This document shows positions 20,101 to 30,068 of a stretch of DNA of 64,000 nucleotides, one piece after another (within the stretch, counting starts at the first letter, position 1; each line of letters opens with the position of its first letter). The stretch lies in IMG/VR virus record IMGVR_UViG_3300042445_001485; one strand, 5' to 3'. The translations under genes were made by a program, and so were the position numbers. The notes below the pieces were generated by a model, which searched no databases, was not told where the DNA came from, and saw nothing but the letters and a program-made list of their open reading frames with translations. The stretch comes from a virus. Lineage: Duplodnaviria; Caudoviricetes.

Positions 20101-21205
20101 TATTGGCAGCTGTCACATAGAATGTGTAGACTTTCCTGTAATCTATTTGTGTGTCTATATGTCCAGACAACCAGCCAGTGGAGGTGTTGATTGATAAATT
20201 TGGTAACAAACTGGTTATATTACTAGCCCAAGTCAATGATGTTCCGTAAAAATCAACAGCTGAAAACCTAAAACTAAAATTGCTATTTTGTCTTACCACA
20301 GGCAATGAACTAACAGTTGTGGTTACTATGGGTGAATACACCTGATCTGCATCAACAGTGATAAAATTATCGTCAACTGTGTTTATATCATTGTCAGTGG
20401 ACCACGATCCTTTGGCAATAACTTTAATTGTATAAGTTTGCGTATCGTAATTGGCGCCATCAAATACTTGAACGGTAAATGTATAATTTTTATTTAAACT
20501 AGTAGCAGTGGTAAAGTCATAGGGGAATTCTTCGTACTGCTGTGTATAACCAAATGGTTCTGTTGTTACCAAGGAATATGGATTACCATTGCCGGCAAAT
20601 GTCTGACTGCTCGGTACACTGGTATTGGCAGTGGGAGTAAATGCAGTTTGAACCTGTGTTGGTTGTGCATTATAACCTAGTCTACCACTGGTATCTTCAT
20701 CTAGTACTCTTCCAATAAATCCTCTTAGATAACCATCTTCAGTCAATGTCAGGCCTGGTGGTAACGATTCTGCGTCTGACTTGAGACTCCATACCAAATT
20801 GCCTTCACGATTAGTTTCTAGTGCTTGAAATTTATGTTCGATGGGAGTACCATCAAAGTATTCGCCAATTAGCATTGTTTCGGGAGTGATCTGCGGTGGT
20901 ACAATGTTACTGACAGTAAAATTAAATGTACGGTCAACTACCACAACCGGGGTTTGACAACTGGCACGAATTGTAAATTTGTAAGTTCTAGTTTCGTCCT
21001 TGGGCCCAGGATCTGTTACAACCGGTACACCTTGTAGCAGACCAGATCTAACAACTTGTAAACCAGGTGGTAATGTGCCACTTAAAAAAATAAATGTCAC
21101 AGGCGATCCGGTAGGATTGTTGACCTCAAGCGGCAGGCTGTAGAATTCAGCCTCGGGAAACGTTCCTAAGTTGCCTCCGGGAGTAATCCATACCGGTCTT
21201 GACAT
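17126..21205 (-). CDS. large virion structural protein with Ig/cadherin-like domains (1359 aa)
   Basis: SGTLPPGL, LPPGLTLTEDG-x-L-x-G, YTFTV-x-A repeats. Confidence 0.75.
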   Translation of the reverse strand: MSRPVWITPGGNLGTFPEAEFYSLPLEVNNPTGSPVTFIFLSGTLPPGLQVVRSGLLQGVPVVTDPGPKDETRTYKFTIRASCQTPVVVVDRTFNFTVSNIVPPQITPETMLIGEYFDGTPIEHKFQALETNREGNLVWSLKSDAESLPPGLTLTEDGYLRGFIGRVLDEDTSGRLGYNAQPTQVQTAFTPTANTSVPSSQTFAGNGNPYSLVTTEPFGYTQQYEEFPYDFTTATSLNKNYTFTVQVFDGANYDTQTYTIKVIAKGSWSTDNDINTVDDNFITVDADQVYSPIVTTTVSSLPVVRQNSNFSFRFSAVDFYGTSLTWASNITSLLPNLSINTSTGWLSGHIDTQIDYRKVYTFYVTAANTVPQFNLITANYVAGGVSPNTNVIVSNTAGIRPGMEISGNGFGTGQQVYRVYTENNTVSITSSANSTPAGNLTFSGNLVSEPMVYSLTVLGDVNNQIVWDTPTVAGNIINGGVSELSIVAYNSLGKEVTYQLVHGTLNDGSAATGSEYLTATTVSLPQGLQLLSSGRITGRTTFRHFQLDADATTIDGNKTKFDNIYTFTVKATAVDNSVADTKTFKLRINNLYAKPYENLYMQALPPIEQRRLLTSILADPSLFPIDSIYRHDDPNFGKASSYRFLELPGVDPSTLSSYISAIQKNHYNKVINFGPVKTAIATDPDNDYAVKYEVVYVEVVDPFNPENLDVTLETNLSGGINHVANPYYDPQGTGHYIINPNTFDNMETRISQNLGYSAQGVIPDWMTSVQEDKSVLGFKRALVLAYTKSGESKKIAYRMQDRGIELAGINYTVDRYLVDNTLSNYYDITNQAFLPSRETTFDYLSQNDVYYYSYVSGGVTGYSLTLTSTVGLSTGMVITGNGFTDGQTIVSVDSDTTITISSLAWGQTPAGAIKFSKPVYTVNYAVTQPFASINNKSVQHILDNGGIDNVNGFKTGDRLIFAQQEGFNTSYPDDGWIYYTDLYLGNYSDINDTVDISYYDSTGYDSSYVVSGYSEYLIDAKEPTLLAPVSVGTTNIYILYSAVNYIGKTIVPNSFIDYNTTVVGQSVASGVGSGLSLQLTLSKPTIGTGSINNIVKLTSYLTVTAVDYTNNTITVDADTLPVVIADRLKLIENVVAGYGIPNGVRIARIVNNVITLESHSSFTVSIRVGDYLGYYVQNQRAGIWEIQIDPDTENVRLGFVQSVPLRSRVKVLDGRSYGQSFLLYKDWGDTTDPDYDSYTYDPTIPFTNIDATVPMYRRIPSTITFNGNSGNRTRFDGDGTKFFDLRDSPAETIISAPTAWVEAVAYDINSKVLYQGNYYKAITPVLPSRTFQTGYWEKYEVLPVSGDKYIKFPKIGVFN

Positions 21206-21208
21206 AAT

Positions 21209-22777
21209 TTATACTCTACCTACAACAATTTCTATGATACCAACTTCGTCACTATCATAGTTCTGTAGTGCTTTACCTATCACTGTTCCTATGTGTGGAC
21301 CAACTGGTGGCATACATGCAGTTGCCACTCCTGGTACATTGCTAGTGACCATCATGTCACCGCGACAAATAGTGCCAACAACACGACAAGGCACACGCCC
21401 TTGGAGTGCTACAGCAACACCGTCAGCCGCACTGTTCATTAGGTAAGCAGGATTGGTAGTAACTATGCCAGCAACACGATTATCCTCATAAACAGTACTG
21501 ATAGTGACTTCGGTGTCTGTGCCAAATATCAATACAGTACCAGGTTCGTAGTCCAAGTCGGACTGATATTTCTCTGCCAAGTCAGCATATTGTGCTGTGG
21601 TGGCCTTGGCAAAGATGGTATTAAATGTATTTGTTGAACTACCAATGTTGCCTGTGCCGGTAGTTCCGTTTTTAGTGATGCTTGGTAAGGTAATGCCAGC
21701 AAAAGTGGGGGTAGCCGCAGTTTGTAAATCTTGTGCAGTATTGATTGTGGCTGTGGAACTACTGATTGTGATGCCTATACCATTACCACTGGCAAATGTC
21801 AATGTGCCACCACCTGCAACAGATCCCGATCCACCGGTTCCTGCCAGGGTAATTGTGGTTGTTGTTGCGGCAATGTTGCCAGTACCGATTGAAATTATAC
21901 GACCGTATGCATCTGTCGTTATAACTGGAACCACTGTTGCGCTACCGTAAGTTCCTGCACCTGGTCCTGTTGATGGCAAACTGATTGCATTGCCGCTGAT
22001 GGTTAAATTACCTGCACCCGAACTAGTACTTACCGCACGAATTCCGTTGTCATACAAACCTTGTCCGTATACAGTACTGTTTACAATAGTATTTCCGCTG
22101 ACTGCTAGTGCAGTTAATGTTCCGACCGATGTAATCGCAGTTTGTGTGCTGGTAAGAACACTTCCGTACAGATTACTAGATATATTACCAGCGGTTAAGT
22201 TTCCAGTAATACTGGCATTGCCAGTTGTTTGTAATGTTCCCGAGGCTGTCAAGTTGCCCGCTGTTATATTACCAACAAATTGCGCTGTTGTGGCAACAGT
22301 TAAACTGGCCACAGTCAAGCCACTGGAAATATTAAGATTACCTGCTGTTAAGTTGCCGGCAATGCTGACCAGACCGCCTACAAACAAATTACCACCTATA
22401 CCGGCACCACCTACAGCTTGCAATGCGCCAGTGGTTGTACTAGTGCTGGGTGTTGTGTTAGAAAAGATTCCAAGGTCGCTAACAGTACCGCCTTGCCAAT
22501 CACCCGAGAGAGCTGTTAAAACTTGAGAACCACCGGAATAAACAATATCGCCTCTAATAGCCTGACCATATACTGTACCCGAGTTTGCACTAATGTCGTT
22601 GTTTGCTGTGATATAAGTCACAGGATACGTTGCACTTTGAGTTCGTGTGCCGTTGAGTTGATTGTTTAGTTTGTCTGTGTTTTCGTTGATGATCGTAAAT
22701 GCGGCTCTGATAGTTGATCCATCACCTGCATTTGCATCTGATCCAGTGTTAACACTGGTAAATTGGGTAGTTGGCAT
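21209..22777 (-). CDS. tail fibre-like protein
   Basis: N-terminal NTGSDANAGDGSTIRAAF; C-terminal ADLAEKY...VALQGRVPCRV...IGKAL domain. Confidence 0.75.
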   Translation of the reverse strand: MPTTQFTSVNTGSDANAGDGSTIRAAFTIINENTDKLNNQLNGTRTQSATYPVTYITANNDISANSGTVYGQAIRGDIVYSGGSQVLTALSGDWQGGTVSDLGIFSNTTPSTSTTTGALQAVGGAGIGGNLFVGGLVSIAGNLTAGNLNISSGLTVASLTVATTAQFVGNITAGNLTASGTLQTTGNASITGNLTAGNISSNLYGSVLTSTQTAITSVGTLTALAVSGNTIVNSTVYGQGLYDNGIRAVSTSSGAGNLTISGNAISLPSTGPGAGTYGSATVVPVITTDAYGRIISIGTGNIAATTTTITLAGTGGSGSVAGGGTLTFASGNGIGITISSSTATINTAQDLQTAATPTFAGITLPSITKNGTTGTGNIGSSTNTFNTIFAKATTAQYADLAEKYQSDLDYEPGTVLIFGTDTEVTISTVYEDNRVAGIVTTNPAYLMNSAADGVAVALQGRVPCRVVGTICRGDMMVTSNVPGVATACMPPVGPHIGTVIGKALQNYDSDEVGIIEIVVGRV

Positions 22778-22877
22778 ATAGCGAAAATTCCATTATTATA
22801 AGTTATTTATCGCTATACCAATCTAGACCAAAATTGGATAATGTGCGTAGATTATACTATCGCAGAATTTTCATTTT

Positions 22878-24794
22878 TTAGTTTTCTAATTTCAACATAG
22901 TTACAGTAATAGTAACATTGGCTGTATCAGCACTGGTTACAGTTGCTTTCAGTGGTATATTGGTATTGGCCGTGTTCTCGTTGTTAAATCCGTATACCGC
23001 CGGAGTAAAAAATTGTGTAATATTTCCCACATTAATAGTTTGGGCAATGATGCCTGTTCCTGTTGGTGGCGTTTCTCCAACCAGTCTGGAATAGTCTGTT
23101 ACTCGTGCCGCAAGATTGGAATATATTGTTACCCAAACATTGGCCGTTGTATTGGCTGAAGTTCCTATGCTGTATAATGCATAACCTTTAAAACCAGTTA
23201 TGTTGATGTTGCCACCCACATTAGATGTTAACACAGTTGGTGTAGCAATCACGGCTGTTCGGGAAACAGTCAACGCAGTAATAGCATCTGCTTGAACACC
23301 TGCATTACTAGTCCATGCAGTTGTGACGGTGCTGTTTTGTGCATCAACATATGACTTCATTGAGGTGTTTGCTGTGACAATAGCGGCATTGGCACCAATT
23401 ATAGAATTGTGTTGCGCTAATGCATTACCAGTCAATGCAGTAATGGCATCTGCTTGTACACCGGCATTGCTGGTCAATGCAACTATAGAATTGTGTTGCG
23501 TGGCCGCATTGGCCGCAACGTTTGCAATAAGAACATGTGTAATTGCAACAATGTTGCCTTGTAGTATGCTAATGGCATCTGATTGTACACCGGCATTGCT
23601 TTGTAGACTAGAAATGGCATCTGCCTGCACCCCGGCATTGCTGGCCAATGCAGTAATCAATCCCGCTTGACTTGCGGCATTGCTTTGTAGACTAGAAATG
23701 GCATCTGCCTGCACCCCGGCATTGCTGGCCAATGCAGTAATCAATCCCGCCTGACTTGCGGCGTTGGCAGTCCAGGCAGTGGTAACGGCTGAATCCTGTG
23801 CATCCACATAACTTTTCATTGCTGTATTGGCTAACACAATTGCGGCGTTGGCACCTGTGACCCAACTTTGTGTGGTTGATATTTGTTCGTCAGCATATGA
23901 CTTTAGAGCAGTATTGGCTGTGACAATGGCCGAATTACTGCCAGTAATCTTACTTTCTAAATTGCCCAACCAGGTTACCATTACACCACCAAAACTAGCA
24001 TTGTTGCTCAATGCTGTGCCAATTTCAAGCAGGGTGTCTAGTGCAGTAGAAGCACCACCGGTTAGTGTGGTAAACCGTGTGTCCACATAACTGGTCAATG
24101 TTGTACTGGCCGTGGTTATTTGGTAGTCGGTGTAGGCTTTTAATGCTGTGTTGCCTGCTTCCCACCCATAGGTTCCTGCATCAACATAATTCTTCATTGC
24201 TGTGTTGGCAGTAATAATTGCCGCATTGGCCCCTGCTATCTGATTTGCTTGAGCACCTGCGTTTGCAGTCCATGCTGTGGAAATTGCAGAAGTTTGTGCA
24301 TCAACATAGCTCTTCATTGCTGTGTTGGCTGACACAACAACAGCGTTACCAGCACTGACTCTGCTGGTTAATAATATGTTGCCCAGTTGCAAGTTGTCTA
24401 CATCTACATCTCTACTGTATTGACTAGATTGTAGTGAGCTAATTTGTCCACGAATGGAAGCGAGATCTTCGGCAGCAATGGCAGTTGAAATTTGTGTACC
24501 AATTGCAGTAACATTAGGCAATAAACTGTTGACATAAGTTAAATTGGCATAATTAGTCAAGTTGTTTTGTACAATGGTGCTGACATTGCCAATGCTGACA
24601 GCGCCGGGTATATCATTGATGGTCAAAGTGACATTGCCTGACCGAGCATTTATGCTGTATACTCCAGCAGTCAAGTTGCCGCCGACCAGTGAAACTTGGT
24701 AGAAGTTTCGATTTACCTTATCAAATGCAACACGCAATGAATCACCAGAGTGATCTCCTGCGGTTACACCTAAATTAATGTTAGCAAAGCTCAT
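22878..24794 (-). CDS. coiled-coil fibre protein with 14-residue repeats
   Basis: N-terminal GDHSGDSLRVAFDKVN; repeats ANTAMKSYVD and SNAGVQADAI. Confidence 0.75.
   Translation of the reverse strand: MSFANINLGVTAGDHSGDSLRVAFDKVNRNFYQVSLVGGNLTAGVYSINARSGNVTLTINDIPGAVSIGNVSTIVQNNLTNYANLTYVNSLLPNVTAIGTQISTAIAAEDLASIRGQISSLQSSQYSRDVDVDNLQLGNILLTSRVSAGNAVVVSANTAMKSYVDAQTSAISTAWTANAGAQANQIAGANAAIITANTAMKNYVDAGTYGWEAGNTALKAYTDYQITTASTTLTSYVDTRFTTLTGGASTALDTLLEIGTALSNNASFGGVMVTWLGNLESKITGSNSAIVTANTALKSYADEQISTTQSWVTGANAAIVLANTAMKSYVDAQDSAVTTAWTANAASQAGLITALASNAGVQADAISSLQSNAASQAGLITALASNAGVQADAISSLQSNAGVQSDAISILQGNIVAITHVLIANVAANAATQHNSIVALTSNAGVQADAITALTGNALAQHNSIIGANAAIVTANTSMKSYVDAQNSTVTTAWTSNAGVQADAITALTVSRTAVIATPTVLTSNVGGNINITGFKGYALYSIGTSANTTANVWVTIYSNLAARVTDYSRLVGETPPTGTGIIAQTINVGNITQFFTPAVYGFNNENTANTNIPLKATVTSADTANVTITVTMLKLEN
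23591..23758. repeat. 84-bp tandem duplication inside the fibre gene
   Basis: Units start at 23591 and 23675 and differ at one position as read by eye. Confidence 0.85.
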
Positions 24795-24856
24795 GTGAGA
24801 AACCTATCGTTTATGCAGTATTTAGCAAAACGAGCAGGTTACTCTACCGGGTGTGT

Positions 24857-25183
24857 TTAGGCTGGACTAAAACTGCTTCCGCAACCGCAGGTTGTTTGTG
24901 CGTTAGGATTTTCGATGGCAAATTGACTGCCCATCAGGTCTTCTTTGTAGTTGATTTTGGCTCCCTGCAGGTATTGACTGCTCATCGAGTCCACCAGCAA
25001 GTGTACACCATTGATATCCAAATCAAAGTCATCTTCGTTGGCTATTTCGTCAAAGGTAAAGCCATAGCTCATGCCCGAACATCCGCCACCCTGCACAAAT
25101 ATGCGTAGTTTAAGATCCGGGTTGTTTTCTTCTGCGATCAAATCGCGTATTTTGTCTGTTGCTGAGTCTGTTAGTGTAATCAT
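24857..25183 (-). CDS. erpA: A-type Fe-S cluster carrier (IscA/ErpA family)
   Basis: [23 protein letters not shown]-x-YL-x-GA-x-I-x-Y, [14 protein letters not shown]. Confidence 0.92.
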   Translation of the reverse strand: MITLTDSATDKIRDLIAEENNPDLKLRIFVQGGGCSGMSYGFTFDEIANEDDFDLDINGVHLLVDSMSSQYLQGAKINYKEDLMGSQFAIENPNAQTTCGCGSSFSPA

Positions 25184-25731
25184 TGGGTTCCTGATAGTCT
25201 GTGGTTTATGATGTTCCAATCAATGATGCGCCACAGCCCATCAATGTATTTGCCTTTGTTTGAGCCATAGTCATTGACCCAGGCATGTTCCCACCAATCA
25301 ATCAACAGAGCAATGTCTGTGCGTTTGGCGTGATTGCTGATGGTTTTGATAGTACCGGCTCGGCTCAGGTAAATCCAATTGCTACCCTGTAATTTCATTG
25401 CTTGGTCTTTGAGCTCTCGTTTAAAGTCATCAAACGAACCAAACTTTCTTGTAATTAGTGCATCAATGGTGCCAGTGGGTCGATTGCCTGTGCGTGGACT
25501 GCGGAATTGTGTGAACCAGATGTTGTGCAAAAACGCACCTGCTTCGTTGAAATTGCGATCACCTTCTCGATTGTTGTAACGGTCAACATAACCTCGGTAT
25601 AATTTTCCATAATGTAGATCTATGGTGGTCTTGCTCATCACCGGACTCAATGCACCGGTACCGTAGGGCAGTTTGACCTGTGCCAAGTCCTGTCCGCTTT
25701 TGTCTTCAATCAAGTCAATAATTTCACGCAT
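25180..25731 (-). CDS. sod: Fe/Mn superoxide dismutase
   Basis: LPY-x3-ALSP, LHYGK, LHNIWF, GSNW, DWWEHAW with all four metal ligands. Confidence 0.9.
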   Translation of the reverse strand: MREIIDLIEDKSGQDLAQVKLPYGTGALSPVMSKTTIDLHYGKLYRGYVDRYNNREGDRNFNEAGAFLHNIWFTQFRSPRTGNRPTGTIDALITRKFGSFDDFKRELKDQAMKLQGSNWIYLSRAGTIKTISNHAKRTDIALLIDWWEHAWVNDYGSNKGKYIDGLWRIIDWNIINHRLSGTQ

Positions 25732-25738
25732 CTAGTAT

Positions 25739-26404
25739 TTATGGTTGCAATTGCCATAAATCATCGGCTACTTTTTTCCAAGATAATGCATCGTTAACAT
25801 AATCATCATCTGTGCAAACTCTGAGTATTTGTTTTCTACCTGAAAACATGCTGTCGATTGGATCAATGATATCGGTGTTCTGATGCCAGGCGGCAGTACA
25901 GCTGGGAATAGAATACACTTGCAACCATGGTTGATTTTCTCTAATCATTTCTAGTAGATAGTTGAATCCTAGATTCTTGGTATGTGTACACAACGGCCAT
26001 GTGCTGCCAACTATAACTAATTTATGTAATCCTGTTTGTCTCATGTATTCTTCAAGTCCGCGAATTGTTGGAATAAAAATAGAGTTACTGCCATTGGCCA
26101 ATTCATGCAACTGAATACATAATGTTTCAGTGCCTAGCATGGAGACATAATCTTGTACGCTTTGTTGTTGTTCTGCCAATGTAGTTGCTTGTGCCACCTG
26201 GGACTTGAAATAATGCACAACATCTTGTGTTATGATATCCAAACTTAAAAATGTTGTGTGGAATATAAATTGATCAAAGTCAAATTTGGCCAGGGTTTTG
26301 ATCATGTTGTCATAAAAATTAACACCAGGCTCTAGTCCGACCCAGTTTATATGATTGAACTGGTCCCAACAATCAATAAAAACCACATAAGTTTTTTCGT
26401 TCAT
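25739..26404 (-). CDS. hypothetical protein, weak isochorismatase-like pattern
   Basis: VFIDCW near the N-terminus and LVIVG-x5-C later. Confidence 0.4.
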   Translation of the reverse strand: MNEKTYVVFIDCWDQFNHINWVGLEPGVNFYDNMIKTLAKFDFDQFIFHTTFLSLDIITQDVVHYFKSQVAQATTLAEQQQSVQDYVSMLGTETLCIQLHELANGSNSIFIPTIRGLEEYMRQTGLHKLVIVGSTWPLCTHTKNLGFNYLLEMIRENQPWLQVYSIPSCTAAWHQNTDIIDPIDSMFSGRKQILRVCTDDDYVNDALSWKKVADDLWQLQP

Positions 26405-26619
26405 TTGTTTCGATACACTACTCGTCCTCGAGTTAGATCGTAAGGACTCATTTCTACTTCAACACTGTCGCCTAGTAGTATGCGTATGTTATTTTGTCGC
26501 AGTCTACCGCTGATGGTGGCAGTGATGCTGTGACTTTCGTTGATTCTGATCCTGAACATGGCATTGGGCAACACATCCTCTACTTTGCCCTCTAACCTAA
26601 TTAGATCCTCTTTACTCAT
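26401..26619 (-). CDS. infA: translation initiation factor IF-1
   Basis: [13 protein letters not shown]-x3-LPNAMFRI...[15 protein letters not shown][19 protein letters not shown]. Confidence 0.97.
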   Translation of the reverse strand: MSKEDLIRLEGKVEDVLPNAMFRIRINESHSITATISGRLRQNNIRILLGDSVEVEMSPYDLTRGRVVYRNK

Positions 26620-27247
26620 GATAACTTAACATGATTCCATGCCTTTCTTTCAATTTTAAAAACTCCTCTGCTGAAAAACTAATACTCAATTGCATCCTGG
26701 GACTGGTTAGACCCACCACACCATGTATAACTTTGCCAAAAAGCATGGTCCAAGATTTAACAGGAAAAATCTCTGTATGAACAACATTCAAATTACTGTT
26801 GTCTGGCCATTGCATTGCATCACCTTCTCTGTAAAGGTTGTATCCGGGTTGTTGATACCAACGTGTTTCAACTTGTTCGCCACCGGTGTCTATGAGATAA
26901 TTTAATATATAACGCCTAGGACCACCATCTGTGTGCGGGAAAAATGCATCTCCGTTACGCATGACTTGACTGCCCATTTGTGAATACTCAGATGCAATAT
27001 TATCACGAATCCATTCGTCTGTTAATTTTCCTAGATTATATCGTCGATACATTGCACGGCTATATTTTTCTTTGCCAACAAAGAAATGACTAGAGTTGTG
27101 TATGACTTTTAGTTGTCGATCTGTAATAGTTTTTCTAATGGTAAATTGTGGATCGTTGTCGTTTTTTATAGATGCCACAATCTCTGCCACTACACCAGCT
27201 GGTGGCAACGGCATATCACAAATACAAAAGAAATCGTTGGCGATCAT
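26612..27247 (-). CDS. 2OG-Fe(II) oxygenase-like DSBH protein
   Basis: FPHTDG...YILNYL...IHGV...R pattern. Confidence 0.55.
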   Translation of the reverse strand: MIANDFFCICDMPLPPAGVVAEIVASIKNDNDPQFTIRKTITDRQLKVIHNSSHFFVGKEKYSRAMYRRYNLGKLTDEWIRDNIASEYSQMGSQVMRNGDAFFPHTDGGPRRYILNYLIDTGGEQVETRWYQQPGYNLYREGDAMQWPDNSNLNVVHTEIFPVKSWTMLFGKVIHGVVGLTSPRMQLSISFSAEEFLKLKERHGIMLSYHE

Positions 27248-27774
27248 TGATTTCTATATGCCAATAGGTAATCACGCACTTGTTGATAAGTGGCATCTGC
27301 AATAGGAACTCGTAATAAGTATCTTGGTTCTCGACTTAGATTAATAACACAATGTTCAACTGTGCTATCAAATACTGTGGGTCTGAACTGTTCATAGTCG
27401 CATTGATATATGTTGTATTGTAAAGGAATATTTGTTTTAGTTCTAAAAAGCGTTATGCATTTGTCAGGGCTAGACAGTAAAATGTTTATGCCAGTTGTTA
27501 CTCCACCTTTATCTGTATGCCAATCATATAACCCTTCTGGATCAGTCTTGGCATATACTGCGCCCAATACTCCGGGAAATGTTTTTTTTAGCATGATATA
27601 AAATGGATGCAACATAAAATGCATCTTAAAGTCTTTGCCAGTCTTACTATTCAAATTGAGTTTTGTAAATGAACCATGCTCAATGGGGGTTTCGTAATTG
27701 AGTTGTTCTGCATGTTCTAAAAACTTGGCGGGTATCAATGGAAGGTGTGTTAAATGACAGAAAAAGTCGTTCAT
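27244..27774 (-). CDS. 2OG-Fe(II) oxygenase-like DSBH protein
   Basis: YDWHTD...GINILL...EHCVIN...PRYLL. Confidence 0.55.
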   Translation of the reverse strand: MNDFFCHLTHLPLIPAKFLEHAEQLNYETPIEHGSFTKLNLNSKTGKDFKMHFMLHPFYIMLKKTFPGVLGAVYAKTDPEGLYDWHTDKGGVTTGINILLSSPDKCITLFRTKTNIPLQYNIYQCDYEQFRPTVFDSTVEHCVINLSREPRYLLRVPIADATYQQVRDYLLAYRNQ

Positions 27775-27777
27775 AAA

Positions 27778-28170
27778 TTATCTACGCATATTACTTATAG
27801 CCACAGCTTCATCATCACTAAAAATAGGAACAGCATTTGATTTGTGCATGGTACCAATGCCTAGCATTTTGGTACCTGTGTATTGTGGGATTTTTTTACT
27901 GCTGATAGGTCCTGCGTGTCCTGTATCCCTACTAGGGATATGTGCAGTACTACGGTCTGTTGGAGTATTTAGTCGATATACCAAAGGTTCGGCCTTCATT
28001 GCTCGCTTGCGACGCTTTTCGTCAGCATCAATTTCCCACTTCTTTTGCAGTTGTTTCCACAATTCATCTAGTTCGCGGGCCTTGCGAGCTTCTTCGGCAT
28101 TGCGAAATTTTACTCGGCCTTTTTTCTTGCCGTTGAGACTAAGGCTGGGGTGATGTAGGTGCATGGTCAT
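27778..28170 (-). CDS. basic hypothetical phage protein
   Basis: YTGTKMLGIGTMHKSNAVPIF motif; ATGA coupling. Confidence 0.65.
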   Translation of the reverse strand: MTMHLHHPSLSLNGKKKGRVKFRNAEEARKARELDELWKQLQKKWEIDADEKRRKRAMKAEPLVYRLNTPTDRSTAHIPSRDTGHAGPISSKKIPQYTGTKMLGIGTMHKSNAVPIFSDDEAVAISNMRR

Positions 28171-28499
28171 ATTGTTTGCTTCTGTTTGAAAGGAAAGGAA
28201 TGCTGTGTGTTTTCGGGCTGTTTGCAAATGCCACTTCGATCTGGCAACATTGATCTATCGGTGCAGATACCTTTTGCAGTACACATCAAATCGTCTGTGA
28301 CACTGGGTTTCTCTAGTCTTGACTGCGGCGGGCATTGTTTGTTCTTTTCTTTGGGATCAAAGAACTTTACGCAATAACCTCTGTTGCTCCAGTGTAGCCC
28401 CATGGGGCATGCCACTCGTTCTGCACTGATTGGGATCATGTCGTTGGCTGTCACTGCCGATGAGCACAGTAACAATCCAACAAGAAGATCCTTAATCAT
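28167..28499 (-). CDS. Cys-rich exported hypothetical protein
   Basis: Signal-peptide-like N-terminus, paired Cys. Confidence 0.55.
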   Translation of the reverse strand: MIKDLLVGLLLCSSAVTANDMIPISAERVACPMGLHWSNRGYCVKFFDPKEKNKQCPPQSRLEKPSVTDDLMCTAKGICTDRSMLPDRSGICKQPENTQHSFPFKQKQTI

Positions 28500-28516
28500 G
28501 CCATTATTGTAACAAA

Positions 28517-28840
28517 TTATTCTTTATTTGTCAAATCCAAAACGGCTGTCTTCAGCGTTTCTGCGTAATTGAGTGCTTGTTGTTGGGTCATAATAATACT
28601 GGCCTCGTATTCCACATAACCTCGTGTCAACAAGTGCCATGCGGTGATCCAACGGTTCTGTTCCCAAAATTTGGATTTTTGTTTGGTATATGTGGTCACT
28701 GTGATTGAATTGCTGTCAGTTTCAACCCATACCGTGTGGGTATGATCATCGGCGCCACACTCACACACAACTTGGTATGTTTTTGCATCTTCAAATTCTT
28801 TTAGTTTTAGGATGCCTTCTGCTGGTGTTTCGGGTGTCAT
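28517..28840 (-). CDS. hypothetical protein (CECG-x3-H)
   Basis: ORF in coupled run. Confidence 0.65.
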   Translation of the reverse strand: MTPETPAEGILKLKEFEDAKTYQVVCECGADDHTHTVWVETDSNSITVTTYTKQKSKFWEQNRWITAWHLLTRGYVEYEASIIMTQQQALNYAETLKTAVLDLTNKE

Positions 28841-29214
28841 GGTATTTCTTTGATGGTATATTTAACTTCGTGAACCCCATCGTATTTGACCAATTTCCAA
28901 TCGGTATTGGCTGTTACAACTTCTTCGGTGGGCAACAAGAATATATGTTCGGGGAATCGATATTTTAGAACTTCTATTATATCTTCTACAGTTTGACCTT
29001 GTCCCAAAAATGCATGATCATCTTCGTCAAACCAGTAAGTAACTCCGTTGACATCTTCTATTTTAACTCGATGTATAACACTATCCAAGTATTGTTTCAT
29101 AGCCGTATATCGCTGTTCTTTGTTTTCAGCCACAGATTGTGCCACAGATTGTGCCACTCTAAAAATAAAATAGTAAAATACTGTCCATCCCAAAAATTCT
29201 ATAATACCGTCCAT
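28837..29214 (-). CDS. membrane-anchored hypothetical protein
   Basis: N-terminal TM; GGGAG SD and TAAATA upstream. Confidence 0.65.
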   Translation of the reverse strand: MDGIIEFLGWTVFYYFIFRVAQSVAQSVAENKEQRYTAMKQYLDSVIHRVKIEDVNGVTYWFDEDDHAFLGQGQTVEDIIEVLKYRFPEHIFLLPTEEVVTANTDWKLVKYDGVHEVKYTIKEIP

Positions 29215-29240
29215 TTTGATCTCCCTTTACTATTTACACA

Positions 29241-30068
29241 TTAAGTCCAAAGACCACGCCGGATCTTAACCAACCGAATCATCATTGCCTCATCTTCCTG
29301 ATGTCTTGCTTCTTCGATTTCATGCACACGACCATATATGGCTCTTTTTTCTTTGCGCTCCTGTGCAGTCAGATGTTTCTCGTCGGGATCAAAATCCATT
29401 TTGCCATACTTGGCTGCCATGCGATCATGGAATTCCTTAAACCCTGATTCTTCGTATTCGTCTCTGCGGGTTGCTCTAATATCTTTCCACCAGGTGTACA
29501 AGGTCAGCACCTCGCGGGCATGTTCTGCTTGACTGAGATTACGGTCCTGCACTGGCAAGGCTGGATCATCTAGGGTCATGCACCATTTCAAATAGTCAAT
29601 GCCGGCCGCGGGACAACGCCACTCGCGCCAGTAAACCAACCAATTGTCTCTCCACCAGGGCATGTTGTGTTTTTTGCGGGCTTTTTCGTCCCATACACAA
29701 GTATGCCAGGCCTGTTCCACTTCAACAAAATCTACTAATTCTGTAAACATGCCGTGCAAGATGCGAGTTTCGTATTCGTGCCAAACACCGTGTTCCAGAT
29801 CTGTGCGAACCATGTGTGTTTGTCTGACAAATCGATTACGCAAGTAATAAGACACATTGTAAATTGGATCAACAATCCACTGTGCAGGTTTTTCCAACCA
29901 GTCGGGTAGTATTTCTGTCACGAAGTATGCAACAGGGCGCGAAGCCTTTAGTTCGTCTTCCCATTTGGCCCATCCGCCCCAGGCTAGGGCACGAGGCTTT
30001 TCAATTCGGAAAACAGATCGTCTCAGCCAAATAAATAGCCAACTGTCTTGATAGTTTCTTGATTGCAT
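29241..30068 (-). CDS. Trp-rich hypothetical protein
   Basis: 275-aa ORF. Confidence 0.7.
   Translation of the reverse strand: MQSRNYQDSWLFIWLRRSVFRIEKPRALAWGGWAKWEDELKASRPVAYFVTEILPDWLEKPAQWIVDPIYNVSYYLRNRFVRQTHMVRTDLEHGVWHEYETRILHGMFTELVDFVEVEQAWHTCVWDEKARKKHNMPWWRDNWLVYWREWRCPAAGIDYLKWCMTLDDPALPVQDRNLSQAEHAREVLTLYTWWKDIRATRRDEYEESGFKEFHDRMAAKYGKMDFDPDEKHLTAQERKEKRAIYGRVHEIEEARHQEDEAMMIRLVKIRRGLWT

Noticed and set aside
16084-24090. Long plus-strand ORFs (16084-16785, 21597-21950, 21990-22526, 23323-23670)
   Set aside because: Antisense shadows of Thr/Gly/Ala/Asn-rich fibre genes; low complexity, no RBS or motifs.
16020-24794. Diversity-generating retroelement acting on fibre genes
   Set aside because: No reverse transcriptase and no template/variable repeat pair noticed in the window.
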